This document shows, piece by piece, positions 16,908 through 25,645 of a stretch of DNA of 60,468 bases (position 1 is the first letter of the stretch; each line of letters begins with the position of its first letter). Both the position numbers and the translations under genes were made by a program. Below the pieces are notes generated by a model. The model saw only the letters and a list, made by a program, of their open reading frames with translations. It searched no databases and had not been told where the DNA came from. The DNA comes from an uncultured Gammaproteobacteria bacterium (GTDB taxonomy: Bacteria; Patescibacteriota; Microgenomatia; UBA8517). The DNA lies in assembly GCA_964366085.1 (NCBI GenBank), contig CAYISM010000002.1, forward strand, positions 1-60,468. The letters are read 5' to 3'.

Positions 16908-17711
16908 TTAATCTAATATCTTAAGTCTTCGAAATTCCAATGTTCCTTCTTTATATAGCTGTTGCCAGGATTTTCCTATCTCTGGTTTAAAACCAAAGTG
17001 TGGCTTTTCTCGATCGGCGGAAAAATTGCTTAGATTTACGCCATCCGGAACTACACTCACCTCTGACTGAGTAATCATAAATTCGCCATTCTGTCTTACA
17101 ACCAGTGCTATATGTCCGTATTCATCATTTCCTTTTTTAAAACAAATGATGTCTAAAGAACTTACATTTTGAGGCATAATAACTTTTGAAGCTTCCCCTG
17201 CAAAAACAAAAACCCCGGCACGGTAAGTTGTTTGAAATTTAGGGTTTTCCCAACTTAAGGAATCATTAAACTGCTGCAACTTACCAATTTTACTAAATGC
17301 ATAACTTAATGTTTGATAAATAAAACCGGAACAGTCTATTCCAAGTCCGTATAATTTCATGAATTGCCTAATTACTTCTGGCGAAGCGTTCCTGAGAGAT
17401 AGTCCCATTTTTTCTGAGAGAGTCGTTGTAGCAAAAGTGATCTCTTTTGGTGTCCCTTTACCCTGATACCATCCATATGGAATCTTTCTTTCTTTGTATG
17501 CGTCATAGAAAGCTTTCAATTTTTCACTTGATACTCCTACATTTCGCATTAGTTGGGTAAAAAATCTCGCCGGAGTATTTATAAAATATGGAGTTAAAAC
17601 TTTCTTGCCATAAATATCCAATTCTTGATAATCTCGAATTCGTTCCATGCAAAGCTCAGTTAGAAACTCTAATCTACTGGAAAGGGTTTTTTCTGTCATG
17701 AATTTATTCAT
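16908..17711 (-). CDS. Cytoplasmic NlpC/P60-like cysteine enzyme (paralog 1) with an unknown N-terminal domain
   Basis: 267 aa with GLGIDCSGFIYQ (catalytic Cys box) and DEYGHIALVV (His box), and no signal peptide or TM helix. It overlaps the stop of the upstream Mur ligase by 8 nt; an alternative ATG is at 17699. Confidence 0.65.
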   Translation of the reverse strand: MNKFMTEKTLSSRLEFLTELCMERIRDYQELDIYGKKVLTPYFINTPARFFTQLMRNVGVSSEKLKAFYDAYKERKIPYGWYQGKGTPKEITFATTTLSEKMGLSLRNASPEVIRQFMKLYGLGIDCSGFIYQTLSYAFSKIGKLQQFNDSLSWENPKFQTTYRAGVFVFAGEASKVIMPQNVSSLDIICFKKGNDEYGHIALVVRQNGEFMITQSEVSVVPDGVNLSNFSADREKPHFGFKPEIGKSWQQLYKEGTLEFRRLKILD

Positions 17712-18993
17712 TAACCAAAGCTCCTTTGACAGCTTTTATATCGCTCCAAGGATATTCTTTATCTCCTATTGCCATACTTTTTTCATGTCCTTTGCCGCAA
17801 ATTACTATTGTATCTCCCCTTCTTGCAATTTTCTGGATTACAAAAGAAATTGCTTCCCCTCTTTCTGGTATCCGAATGAACAAATACCGAATACTGCGAT
17901 GATTTAAATCATCAAAGTAATTTTTTGTTACTTCCTTAGTTTTAACCTTTTTTGTTCCCCCTACCATTTGGTCTATTATTTTATTAACATCTTCATTTCT
18001 AGGGTCTTCGGCAGTAAAAACTGAAACGTCGGCTAATCGAGTTGAAATTTCTCCCATCATAGCTCTTTTGGCTACATCTCTTTCCCCAGCGCAGCCGAAT
18101 ACAGAAATTAGTTTACCTCTTTTGTGAACCTGCTTATGCAGTGCCTTTAGAACTTGCTCCAACGCGTTAGGGGTGTGCGCAAAATCTACGATCACGCGAA
18201 GCCCTTTACTGTTTTTAATTTCTTCCATTCTTCCGTGAACACCCTGAAAAGATTTTATTGAATCAACTATCGTATTGTTGTCAATGCCTAAATTTCTTGC
18301 AATAACATAAGCAGCGGTTGCATTTGAATAATTATAAAACTCGCCTTTAAATCTTTCCTTTATTGCCCTTAGTACTTTCGGAGTTGCCGAGAAAACTGAA
18401 TAAGGAACAATTTTAACGTCTTTTTTTATATATTTTCTTATTTTTTCGTATGAGCTATCATCTCTATTTAAAATAGCCTTTTTTGAAAGATTAAAAAGTT
18501 TCGCCTTGGCCTTTATGTAGTTTTCAAAACTTTTGTGATAGTCAAGATGCTCATGGGTAATATTTGTCAGGACAGATATTTCAAAGTTAATTCCGAAAAA
18601 CCTACATTGTTCTAGAACATGGGAAGTTACTTCTAAAATCGCATATTCGCATCCCCTTTTAACCATAAGCCTCAAAAATTTATGTAACAAAAATGGTTCT
18701 GGGCTAGTAGTATGAAAACCCGTGTCATAGGTGTTATTACCTATCTTTGCACCAACAGTTGAAATAAGTCCAGTTCTTTTCCCTCCTGCCCTTAGAATTG
18801 AACATATTAAGTTTGACGTGGTCGTCTTACCGTCAGTTCCAGTTACCCCGATTATTTTAAGTTCTTTATGAGGAAAACCATAGAAGATCATAGCGGCCTC
18901 TGCACGGAGTCTGTGGTAGAAATTCTTTAACAGTCCAGAGATAAATTCTTTCAATAAACTAAGATTCCTCATAATTAAAAAGAATTTTATCAT
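17704..18993 (-). CDS. MurE-family Mur ligase lacking the N-terminal UDP-binding domain
   Basis: 429 aa. The IIGVTGTDGKTTTS P-loop sits only about 45 aa from the N-terminus. It also has TNITHEHLDYH, VDFAHTPNAL, EDPRNED and a GKGHE C-terminus. The closest in-window relative is murE at 19768..21282. Confidence 0.75.
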   Translation of the reverse strand: MIKFFLIMRNLSLLKEFISGLLKNFYHRLRAEAAMIFYGFPHKELKIIGVTGTDGKTTTSNLICSILRAGGKRTGLISTVGAKIGNNTYDTGFHTTSPEPFLLHKFLRLMVKRGCEYAILEVTSHVLEQCRFFGINFEISVLTNITHEHLDYHKSFENYIKAKAKLFNLSKKAILNRDDSSYEKIRKYIKKDVKIVPYSVFSATPKVLRAIKERFKGEFYNYSNATAAYVIARNLGIDNNTIVDSIKSFQGVHGRMEEIKNSKGLRVIVDFAHTPNALEQVLKALHKQVHKRGKLISVFGCAGERDVAKRAMMGEISTRLADVSVFTAEDPRNEDVNKIIDQMVGGTKKVKTKEVTKNYFDDLNHRSIRYLFIRIPERGEAISFVIQKIARRGDTIVICGKGHEKSMAIGDKEYPWSDIKAVKGALVNE

Positions 18994-19017
18994 TTTTGTG
19001 ATAAATAGTTCCTTAAA

Positions 19018-19026
19018 TGCTAAAAT
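19018..19026 (+). promoter_or_regulatory. Extended -10 (TGcTAAAAT) 6 nt upstream of the GTG at 19033
   Basis: Reads aaaTGcTAAAATtagataGTG with no SD. Confidence 0.45.
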
Positions 19027-19032
19027 TAGATA

Positions 19033-19803
19033 GTGAAAATCTCACTACCACCCAAAACTTCTGCCACGATAGAAAGATATCTTAACCTCAAGATAGGCCG
19101 GTTTAAGATAAGGTGTCCTTATTTTCAAAACATAATGGACAAAAAAGGTCGTAGTGTCTTTATTGGTAAGGGAGACCCATTTGAAATAGAAAAAGAGGCA
19201 AACAGTCTTTTTGGGGGATTAGCAAAGAACCCCGATAATTTCGACGAGAACTCAATAAGACACTATATGTTAATGGCGGGATTGGGTGTTGATTGTTCCG
19301 GATTCGTAGCAAACGTTCTTGCTGAATTTTTGAAGGAGAAAAAACTAGGTTCGATCAGAAAACATATTAAACCGGAGATGAAAACGTTACTTACCCCACT
19401 AACATTTTTATTAAGGCCCATAACCAATATCTCTGCAAATGTGTTAACTAATGATATTAATGGTATAAAGATAGACAATTTGAATAAAGTTATGCCAGGA
19501 GATCTAATTAGATTTGGGCGAAAGCACGTAGCATTGATAGGGGAAATAAAAAAGATTGACGGAATTCTAAAGGAAATCACTTATTTCCACAGCACCTGCG
19601 ATTATCTCGATCAACAAGGGGTAAGAAAAGGAAGCATTATCATCTCTGATCACAAATTCCCTCTTGAGAAACAGGTTTGGAATGAAACCTATCGCGGTAA
19701 AAATTGGAGCTATCAAGATTATATAAGCGCAAAAGAGGGAGACAGAGGAATAAGAAGAATAAAAACTCTAGCCTCTTTTTATTCTAAACACTCCACCATC
19801 TAA
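19033..19803 (+). CDS. Cytoplasmic NlpC/P60-like cysteine enzyme (paralog 2)
   Basis: 256 aa with GLGVDCSGFVANV and PGDLIRFGRKHVALIGEI (a typical NlpC/P60 GDL..F...HV box). It shares CPYFxN, GKGxPxEI and a C-terminal RRxK with paralog 1. Its 3' end overlaps murE convergently by 36 nt. Confidence 0.65.
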   Translation: MKISLPPKTSATIERYLNLKIGRFKIRCPYFQNIMDKKGRSVFIGKGDPFEIEKEANSLFGGLAKNPDNFDENSIRHYMLMAGLGVDCSGFVANVLAEFLKEKKLGSIRKHIKPEMKTLLTPLTFLLRPITNISANVLTNDINGIKIDNLNKVMPGDLIRFGRKHVALIGEIKKIDGILKEITYFHSTCDYLDQQGVRKGSIIISDHKFPLEKQVWNETYRGKNWSYQDYISAKEGDRGIRRIKTLASFYSKHSTI

Positions 19804-21282
19804 AGCAGTTTTGACAGCCTCCTCGTCGGACCACAAATAATCAACTCCGTTATAGTCAATATATTTTTCGTGACCCTTTCCGCAAATAACCACAATGTCT
19901 CCTTGTCTTGCAAGATTCTGTATTGCAAAAGATATTGCTTCACCCCTATCGGAAATTTCGTAAGAAGTGTGATTCTTGTTATTTACTCTTCTTATACCCG
20001 TCGAAATATCTTTAATTATTTTTCTCTCGTCCTCATTACCAGGGTCAACAGATGTAAGAATAGATAAATTAGAAAACTTGGCAGCAATTTCACCCATTAA
20101 AGCTCTTTTGGCTACATCTCTTTCCCCCTCAGCACCAGTAATAACTATAAGTTTATGCTTCCCCTTCTCTTTACCTAAGGCTTTTAGCACATTCTCAAGA
20201 CCATTTGGGGTATGAGCATAGTCTATGTAAATCTCAAAACCTTTATTGTTTTCGACCCTTTGCAATCTACCCTTTGGAAGCGGAAGTTCTGGTAAAGACG
20301 ATATAATAGCGTCCCAGGGAACACCCAATTGTCGTACAGTTGCCACAGCTGCCAAGACGTTTGCCGCATTGTGTTCACCAAATAATTTGACTGTCGAGTC
20401 AAAAACTCCTCCCTCACCTCTAATACGTAAATTCATGCTGCGATTTTTCCGACTAATAGCATTAACGTAGTAATCCGAAATACTCGTCGGACTCAGTGAG
20501 TAGCTTACAATTCTACAACCTTGACCTACTACCTGTGACATATAATCAAAAGATTCGTCATCTCTATTAAGGACCGCAACATCAATATTTTTAAACAATT
20601 TGGCCTTAGCAGCCATATAATCTTTCATAGAACCATGGTAATCTATGTGTTCGTGAGGCGTTATATTTGTCAAAACACCAAACCTAAATTTGACACCTGC
20701 AACGCGTCCCTGATCAAGAGCGTGGGAAGAGGTTTCCAATACTACATATTTACACCCATACTGAACCATCTCTGCCAAAAATTTTTGAACGTCTAAAACG
20801 GCCGGCGTCGTCAGTCTGCCAGTATCATAAAGATGCTCGCCTATCCTTACACCAACAGTCGAAATTAGTCCGGTTTCTATACCAACCCCATTCAAAAGAA
20901 AATAAATACCATTTGCAGTAGTTGTTTTTCCGTCAGTACCTGTTACTCCTATAACAACTAAATTCTCTGATGGGTAGTCATAAAACGCCGACGCCAGCCT
21001 ACCAAGAGCCTCTCTCGAATCTTTCACCTTAACATAAATTAAACAGTCAGAAGCTAAATCAAACTCGGTTGGTGGCTTTTCTCCGACTATCACACTTGCG
21101 CCAGAACGAACGGCTTGGGAAATAAATCGATGTGAATCAACTCGTACTCCACGTTTTGCGACAAACATACTGCCTTCGCTGACTTTCGTTGAATCATCCT
21201 GTATATCTTTCACAACCCCACTATTATCCCCAAATAATTCATATCTATCTAATGAACTCAATAACAAAGAAAGTTCTTTCAT
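19768..21282 (-). CDS. murE: UDP-MurNAc-L-Ala-D-Glu--diamino acid ligase MurE (full length)
   Basis: The N-terminal domain is present (DSTKVSEGSMFVAKRGVRVDSHRFISQAVRSGASVIV). It also has VIGVTGTDGKTTTA and GKGHE. The ATG at 21282 is preferred; the ORF-track start at 21399 overlaps ftsI. Confidence 0.88.
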   Translation of the reverse strand: MKELSLLLSSLDRYELFGDNSGVVKDIQDDSTKVSEGSMFVAKRGVRVDSHRFISQAVRSGASVIVGEKPPTEFDLASDCLIYVKVKDSREALGRLASAFYDYPSENLVVIGVTGTDGKTTTANGIYFLLNGVGIETGLISTVGVRIGEHLYDTGRLTTPAVLDVQKFLAEMVQYGCKYVVLETSSHALDQGRVAGVKFRFGVLTNITPHEHIDYHGSMKDYMAAKAKLFKNIDVAVLNRDDESFDYMSQVVGQGCRIVSYSLSPTSISDYYVNAISRKNRSMNLRIRGEGGVFDSTVKLFGEHNAANVLAAVATVRQLGVPWDAIISSLPELPLPKGRLQRVENNKGFEIYIDYAHTPNGLENVLKALGKEKGKHKLIVITGAEGERDVAKRALMGEIAAKFSNLSILTSVDPGNEDERKIIKDISTGIRRVNNKNHTSYEISDRGEAISFAIQNLARQGDIVVICGKGHEKYIDYNGVDYLWSDEEAVKTALDGGVFRIKRG

Positions 21283-21314
21283 TTTTTTATGGACTTTGAG
21301 TATATCACCATAAA

Positions 21315-23027
21315 TCAATTTTCCGGCTGGATTCCAAAATATGGGAAAAGATCGCGGGCAATTGAGTACCAAGCCGGGGCTGCGGTTTCGGAGGCCCAAG
21401 GCGAAGTTGTTGGCTCCTGAAGAGTAAGAAGCATTATAAATTTAGGGTCGTAAGCGGGAGTAAAACCGATAAATGATGCTATTGTTTTTTCTTTGTCGTA
21501 ATGACCCGCAATCGGAATTTGAGCGGTTCCGGTTTTTGCAGCTACTTTAAATCCTGGAATTCTCGCCCATTTCGATTCACCTTTTTCCGCTGCCTCAACC
21601 ATCATGTCTGTCATTTCTCTTGCAGCTTTTTCGGATATAACCCTTTCGCCCACTTGAGGCTTTACGTCATTCTCCCAAGCATCTCCTACCAGCTTGCCAA
21701 CTACTTGTGGAGTAACAAGCACACCGCCATTTGCAATGGCTGCAACCGCTTTAATCATTTGAATCGGTGTTACCGCAACTCCCTGGCCAAATGAAGCAGT
21801 TGCCAGATCAACTATGTTCCAAGTTTCTTTGGGTCTTAATTTAGGACTAACCTCTCCTTGTAAATCAATTGCCGTGGGCTTTCCAATTGCGAATTTGTCA
21901 AGATAATCATAAAGAGCCTCCGCTCCAAGTTTTTGTCCGACAAAGATCATTCCTACGTTGTCAGAGTGAATTATGACATCCGTAATTGTTGAGTCGGGAA
22001 AATATTTATTATTCCAAGTTTCTATCTTATATTTATCGACTCTGACGGGTCCATCACAAATATCACATTTAGTATCCGGGGTAACTACACCGGCATCCAG
22101 TGCCGACGCCATTATCAGGACCTTAAAAATTGATCCCGGCTCAAAAGTAAAACTTATCGCGGGATTTTTAAAAAACTCATCTGACCACTCCCAATATTTT
22201 GAAGGATCATATGACGGGTATGAGCTCATCCCTAAAATTGCTCCGTTTTTCGGGTTCATTACAATTGCAGTTCCCCCACGGGCTCCATATTTTTCAATTG
22301 CATCTTTGAGTCTTTTATCCAGCGTTAACTGCACGCTTTTATCAACATGTGTAAATAAATCAACCCCCCCAATTGCCGATACTTCCTTTGTTTTGTCCGT
22401 AACGATAGCCGTTCCTTTTGCATCTTTTTCGTGAGCTAAAAATCCCGGCTTTCCCGAAAGTGGAAGATTATAATATCCCTCAAGACCAAAATATCCCTGG
22501 TCCTGACCCTCCAGATCTTTTCCGACAAAACCAAGCAGTTGCGCGGCTGAAGAGGCCTCAGGGTAAAACCTTGCTTCTTGTTTTTCAAATCCAATCCCTT
22601 CGATTTTTAGATTCTCAATCGTATTTTTTACTTCATTTGTAATTCTTTGTTTTAAGGGAACCCAAACAACTTCCCTTTTTGAAATAAGATTTACAAGTCT
22701 ATCGACCTCGGCAAGTACGTCATCTTTTATGGAAGGATCATCAACAAAAAATGGTGCAAGTAAATTTGCAATATCTTTGTTGGGTCTTTTAAGTTCAGGG
22801 ATTGAAGCAAAGATAAGCCAAGCATCGGTTTTTGCAGCCAGTAAACTTCCGTCTGAGGCCAAAATATTTCCCCGAGGAGCGGAAACTGCGCTTTCTGATT
22901 TGTATTGATATCTGGCTTGAACTTTCAAATCCTTAGCCCGAATTATCTGCCAATAAAAAAGCTTACTGATTAAACTGGCAAAAAAAACAAAGAAGACAAG
23001 GGAAAGAAGTTTAAGTCTAATCGGCAT
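21315..23027 (-). CDS. ftsI: Class B penicillin-binding protein (FtsI/PBP2-type transpeptidase)
   Basis: 570 aa with an N-terminal TM helix and the SxxK (GSIFK), SxN (HSDN) and KTGTA motifs. Confidence 0.92.
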   Translation of the reverse strand: MPIRLKLLSLVFFVFFASLISKLFYWQIIRAKDLKVQARYQYKSESAVSAPRGNILASDGSLLAAKTDAWLIFASIPELKRPNKDIANLLAPFFVDDPSIKDDVLAEVDRLVNLISKREVVWVPLKQRITNEVKNTIENLKIEGIGFEKQEARFYPEASSAAQLLGFVGKDLEGQDQGYFGLEGYYNLPLSGKPGFLAHEKDAKGTAIVTDKTKEVSAIGGVDLFTHVDKSVQLTLDKRLKDAIEKYGARGGTAIVMNPKNGAILGMSSYPSYDPSKYWEWSDEFFKNPAISFTFEPGSIFKVLIMASALDAGVVTPDTKCDICDGPVRVDKYKIETWNNKYFPDSTITDVIIHSDNVGMIFVGQKLGAEALYDYLDKFAIGKPTAIDLQGEVSPKLRPKETWNIVDLATASFGQGVAVTPIQMIKAVAAIANGGVLVTPQVVGKLVGDAWENDVKPQVGERVISEKAAREMTDMMVEAAEKGESKWARIPGFKVAAKTGTAQIPIAGHYDKEKTIASFIGFTPAYDPKFIMLLTLQEPTTSPWASETAAPAWYSIARDLFPYFGIQPEN

Positions 23028-23030
23028 TGT

Positions 23031-23330
23031 TTAAGGAAGCTTGGCAACTGCCTCTTTTTCGGTTATGTAAAATATCTTTTCAGGACGTTTATACCCCAGC
23101 TCCTCCGCCTTTTTTTCAACGAATGTGAGGGATGAGGATTTGACAAGTTTATCGGAAAGATTTTTGTTCGACTCGCTCAATAAATTTTCCTGTTTTCTGA
23201 TTCTTGATAATTTATCGCCAAAAGTTGAAGCTTCAATGGAAATAAAAACTGTTCCCATCAAAAGTACAAAAACTACCGGCAATAAAAATAGAGATAACTT
23301 AGATTTTTTTTGATTTATATTTTTTGTCAT
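23031..23330 (-). CDS. ftsL: FtsL-like small bitopic division protein
   Basis: 99 aa with one TM helix and a coiled-coil-like region, in the canonical slot between rsmH and ftsI. Confidence 0.55.
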   Translation of the reverse strand: MTKNINQKKSKLSLFLLPVVFVLLMGTVFISIEASTFGDKLSRIRKQENLLSESNKNLSDKLVKSSSLTFVEKKAEELGYKRPEKIFYITEKEAVAKLP

Positions 23331-24247
23331 AATTTTTCTAATATCCTTAACCTGGCGCTTCTTGACCTCGGATTTATCGAAACTTCCTCTTCACTCGGAT
23401 GAATCGGCTTCTCTGAAATTTTGGCACCGCCGCTATCATCACTTTGTCTAAAAAAGTTTTTCACAATCGCATCTTCACTTGAGTGGAAACTAATAACTAA
23501 GAGCCTTCCACCCCGCACCAATATCTCAAATGCATTGGGAAGAGTATCTTTTAAGTTCTCAAGCTCGCTATTGACGGCAATACGTAAGGCTAAAAACGCT
23601 CGGGTAGCAGGGTGTAGCTTTCCCTTTGCATCTATCGATTCCGCGATTTCTAAAAAGTCCCCGACAGTTTCGATCTTTAACTCTTCTCTTTTTTTGACAA
23701 TTTCTCCCGAGAGTTCTTTCGACTCTTTAGGATTTAAAACTTTTTCAAAAAGAGAATATAATTGATCCTGTCTTAGAACATTTAATAAATCCGCCGCGGT
23801 TATGGATTGAGAAAATTCATCCAGTCTCATATCTAGCGGTGCTTCCGGGTTTTCAAAAGAAAATCCTCTATCGTCGGATTTGAAATGGATGTTGCTTATC
23901 CCTAAGTCAAACAAAATCCCATTTGCCGGCACAAAACCGGTTTTCCCGGCTATCATCTTGATATCTCTGAAGTTACCTTGTACGAGTTTAAAGAAACCAT
24001 GAACCTTCTGGTTCATAGTAGGGCAGGCGTCTTTTAATCTCGTGTATGCAACTTCTAACATTTTAGGATCTTGTTCTATCCCTAAAACCGACCCGCCTTT
24101 CTTTATTATTTCCAAAGCATGTCCGGCAGTTCCCAATGTTGCGTCAATATATTTACCTCCGTCAAAAGGGCGATCTTGGTTATTAAGGTGCAATCCTTCT
24201 ATTACCTCGCGAACCATGACTGATTCGTGGTAGTTGTCATTTTTCAT
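23327..24247 (-). CDS. rsmH: 16S rRNA m4C1402 methyltransferase RsmH (MraW)
   Basis: 306 aa with YHESVMVREVIEGL, DATLGTAGH and SFHSSEDAIVK. Confidence 0.93.
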   Translation of the reverse strand: MKNDNYHESVMVREVIEGLHLNNQDRPFDGGKYIDATLGTAGHALEIIKKGGSVLGIEQDPKMLEVAYTRLKDACPTMNQKVHGFFKLVQGNFRDIKMIAGKTGFVPANGILFDLGISNIHFKSDDRGFSFENPEAPLDMRLDEFSQSITAADLLNVLRQDQLYSLFEKVLNPKESKELSGEIVKKREELKIETVGDFLEIAESIDAKGKLHPATRAFLALRIAVNSELENLKDTLPNAFEILVRGGRLLVISFHSSEDAIVKNFFRQSDDSGGAKISEKPIHPSEEEVSINPRSRSARLRILEKL

Positions 24248-24671
24248 TCTTACTTAAATCTTCAATATAACGGGCGGCTTCTTTTGCAATCACTTTTTCT
24301 TTCTCATCCCAAGTATCTTTATTCCAAATTTCCACTCTATCTCTCACTCCCAAAAAATAAACATCTTCACCAAGAGCGGCATAGGCTATTAGCCTTTCAG
24401 GGACAACTATTCGCCCCTGATCGTCCGGCTCTATTTCATAGGCAGAAGCAAAAATAAAATGCTCCGATCCTCTAATAGGAGCTGTTATCAAGCCCTGCCT
24501 ACCCGTTATTCTTGTCAAAAGTGCATCCCAAGAACTCTTACCCACTAAAACCAAACACTCTTCGTACCACTTGGCCAAAATATAAATTTCTCCAAGATCT
24601 TTCCGAAGTGGAGCAGGAACTGCCACGCGGTGCCCTGCGGCAAATTTTGCTTGATAGGTTCCAAGAAGCAT
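24237..24671 (-). CDS. mraZ: Transcriptional regulator MraZ
   Basis: 144 aa, MLLGTYQAKFAAGHRVAVPAPLRKDLG... followed by a second DxxGRxxxP repeat (DDQGRIVVPERL). Confidence 0.92.
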   Translation of the reverse strand: MLLGTYQAKFAAGHRVAVPAPLRKDLGEIYILAKWYEECLVLVGKSSWDALLTRITGRQGLITAPIRGSEHFIFASAYEIEPDDQGRIVVPERLIAYAALGEDVYFLGVRDRVEIWNKDTWDEKEKVIAKEAARYIEDLSKNEK

Positions 24672-24699
24672 AACTATTTTCTGAACTGGGCAGGTTCAT

Positions 24700-24752
24700 A
24701 TTATAAATTGGTGTAAATGGTTTATTCCATTTCTCACCATTACTAACCATTT
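24700..24752 (-). promoter_or_regulatory. Putative Pmra promoter with an array of MraZ-box-like direct repeats
   Basis: The minus strand carries AATGG three times at exact 10-bp phasing (plus-strand CCATT at 24727, 24737 and 24747). An inverted copy lies at 24716..24720. A TATAAT box lies at 24705..24700, 29 nt upstream of the mraZ ATG. Confidence 0.5.
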
Positions 24753-24811
24753 TGGAGTATTTTCACGGACGTGTCAAGGCCCGATTTGCTAGTTTCACAG
24801 CAAAGAAAGGA

Positions 24812-25570
24812 TTATTGTGTTCCTATGAAGATTCCGACTCCGCTTGCCGTACCTGAGGAAAGCTTGGTCCAAGACGACCCATCCCATCGATAGATAGTTG
24901 ATGAATTCATAGTAACTTTTCCGCTTGCAGAGTCTTTTATTGAAGAAAACACTCCATATGGACCTTCCTTAATTTCTGCCGGAGCGGAACTACCAATTCC
25001 GAATGTTTGCATAGTTACGAAAAATGTCTTTGTTGGTACTTTTGTTAAATTATATGAAAAGTTTCCTTCCAAAGAAGCGAGACTGTTTGTTTTTGATTGA
25101 AGATGAAACTTAGTTGCAAATTTAGCAACAAGCTTTCCTTCATTATTTCTGAATCTTAAAGTTAGATTTCCTTCCCTAACTCCCTCATCGTATCTGAATT
25201 TGCCGGAGGATTCTGATCCTAAAAGTAAATCCCTTTCGATTGAAACCTGACTTCCTAGCTTTATTGTTCCCGGGACGCCTTGTGTCCTTCCGTCAGGAAG
25301 TTCGTAAAGAAGTTCGTAATCCAAAGAATCTGCCTTGATCTTAATTTTATCAATTTTTAGCTTCAGCCAATGTCCGTCAGAGCTCGGAGTCAAAGAAGTG
25401 ACGGGTCTGTCGCCAAGAGCTACCTCAACGGCCACTGTCCCACCCCCCTCTTCTCCTATATTCTGTGCCTTTTTGCCCCTAATAAAAACAAAATAAGCAG
25501 TTACAAAGACTGCAAGTCCGACTACAAACAAAATTAAGGGCAGAAATTTTTTCATAACTACTCTAACCAT
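24812..25570 (-). CDS. Membrane-anchored extracytoplasmic protein, function unknown
   Basis: 252 aa with an N-terminal TM helix (FLPLILFVVGLAVFVTAYFVF) and a beta-rich Ser/Gly/Thr-rich ectodomain. Confidence 0.7.
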   Translation of the reverse strand: MVRVVMKKFLPLILFVVGLAVFVTAYFVFIRGKKAQNIGEEGGGTVAVEVALGDRPVTSLTPSSDGHWLKLKIDKIKIKADSLDYELLYELPDGRTQGVPGTIKLGSQVSIERDLLLGSESSGKFRYDEGVREGNLTLRFRNNEGKLVAKFATKFHLQSKTNSLASLEGNFSYNLTKVPTKTFFVTMQTFGIGSSAPAEIKEGPYGVFSSIKDSASGKVTMNSSTIYRWDGSSWTKLSSGTASGVGIFIGTQ

Positions 25571-25604
25571 TATTTTTCATCCTAACTGAACTTCTGTCAA
25601 TAAG

Positions 25605-25627
25605 CATCCCACTCCGGGAGTGGGATG
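25605..25627 (-). terminator. Strong hairpin downstream of glyQS (11-bp arms CATCCCACTCC / GGAGTGGGATG)
   Basis: A perfect inverted repeat 18 nt after the glyQS stop. The trailing tract CTTATT is a weak U-run, and a TTGACA follows immediately (25600..25595). Confidence 0.45.
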
Positions 25628-25645
25628 ATTCACAACCAATGTGAT

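Noticed and set aside
24538-24750. 70-aa ORF overlapping the mraZ 5' end and upstream region
   Set aside because: It overlaps mraZ in another frame and covers the repeat array and promoter. There is no coding support.
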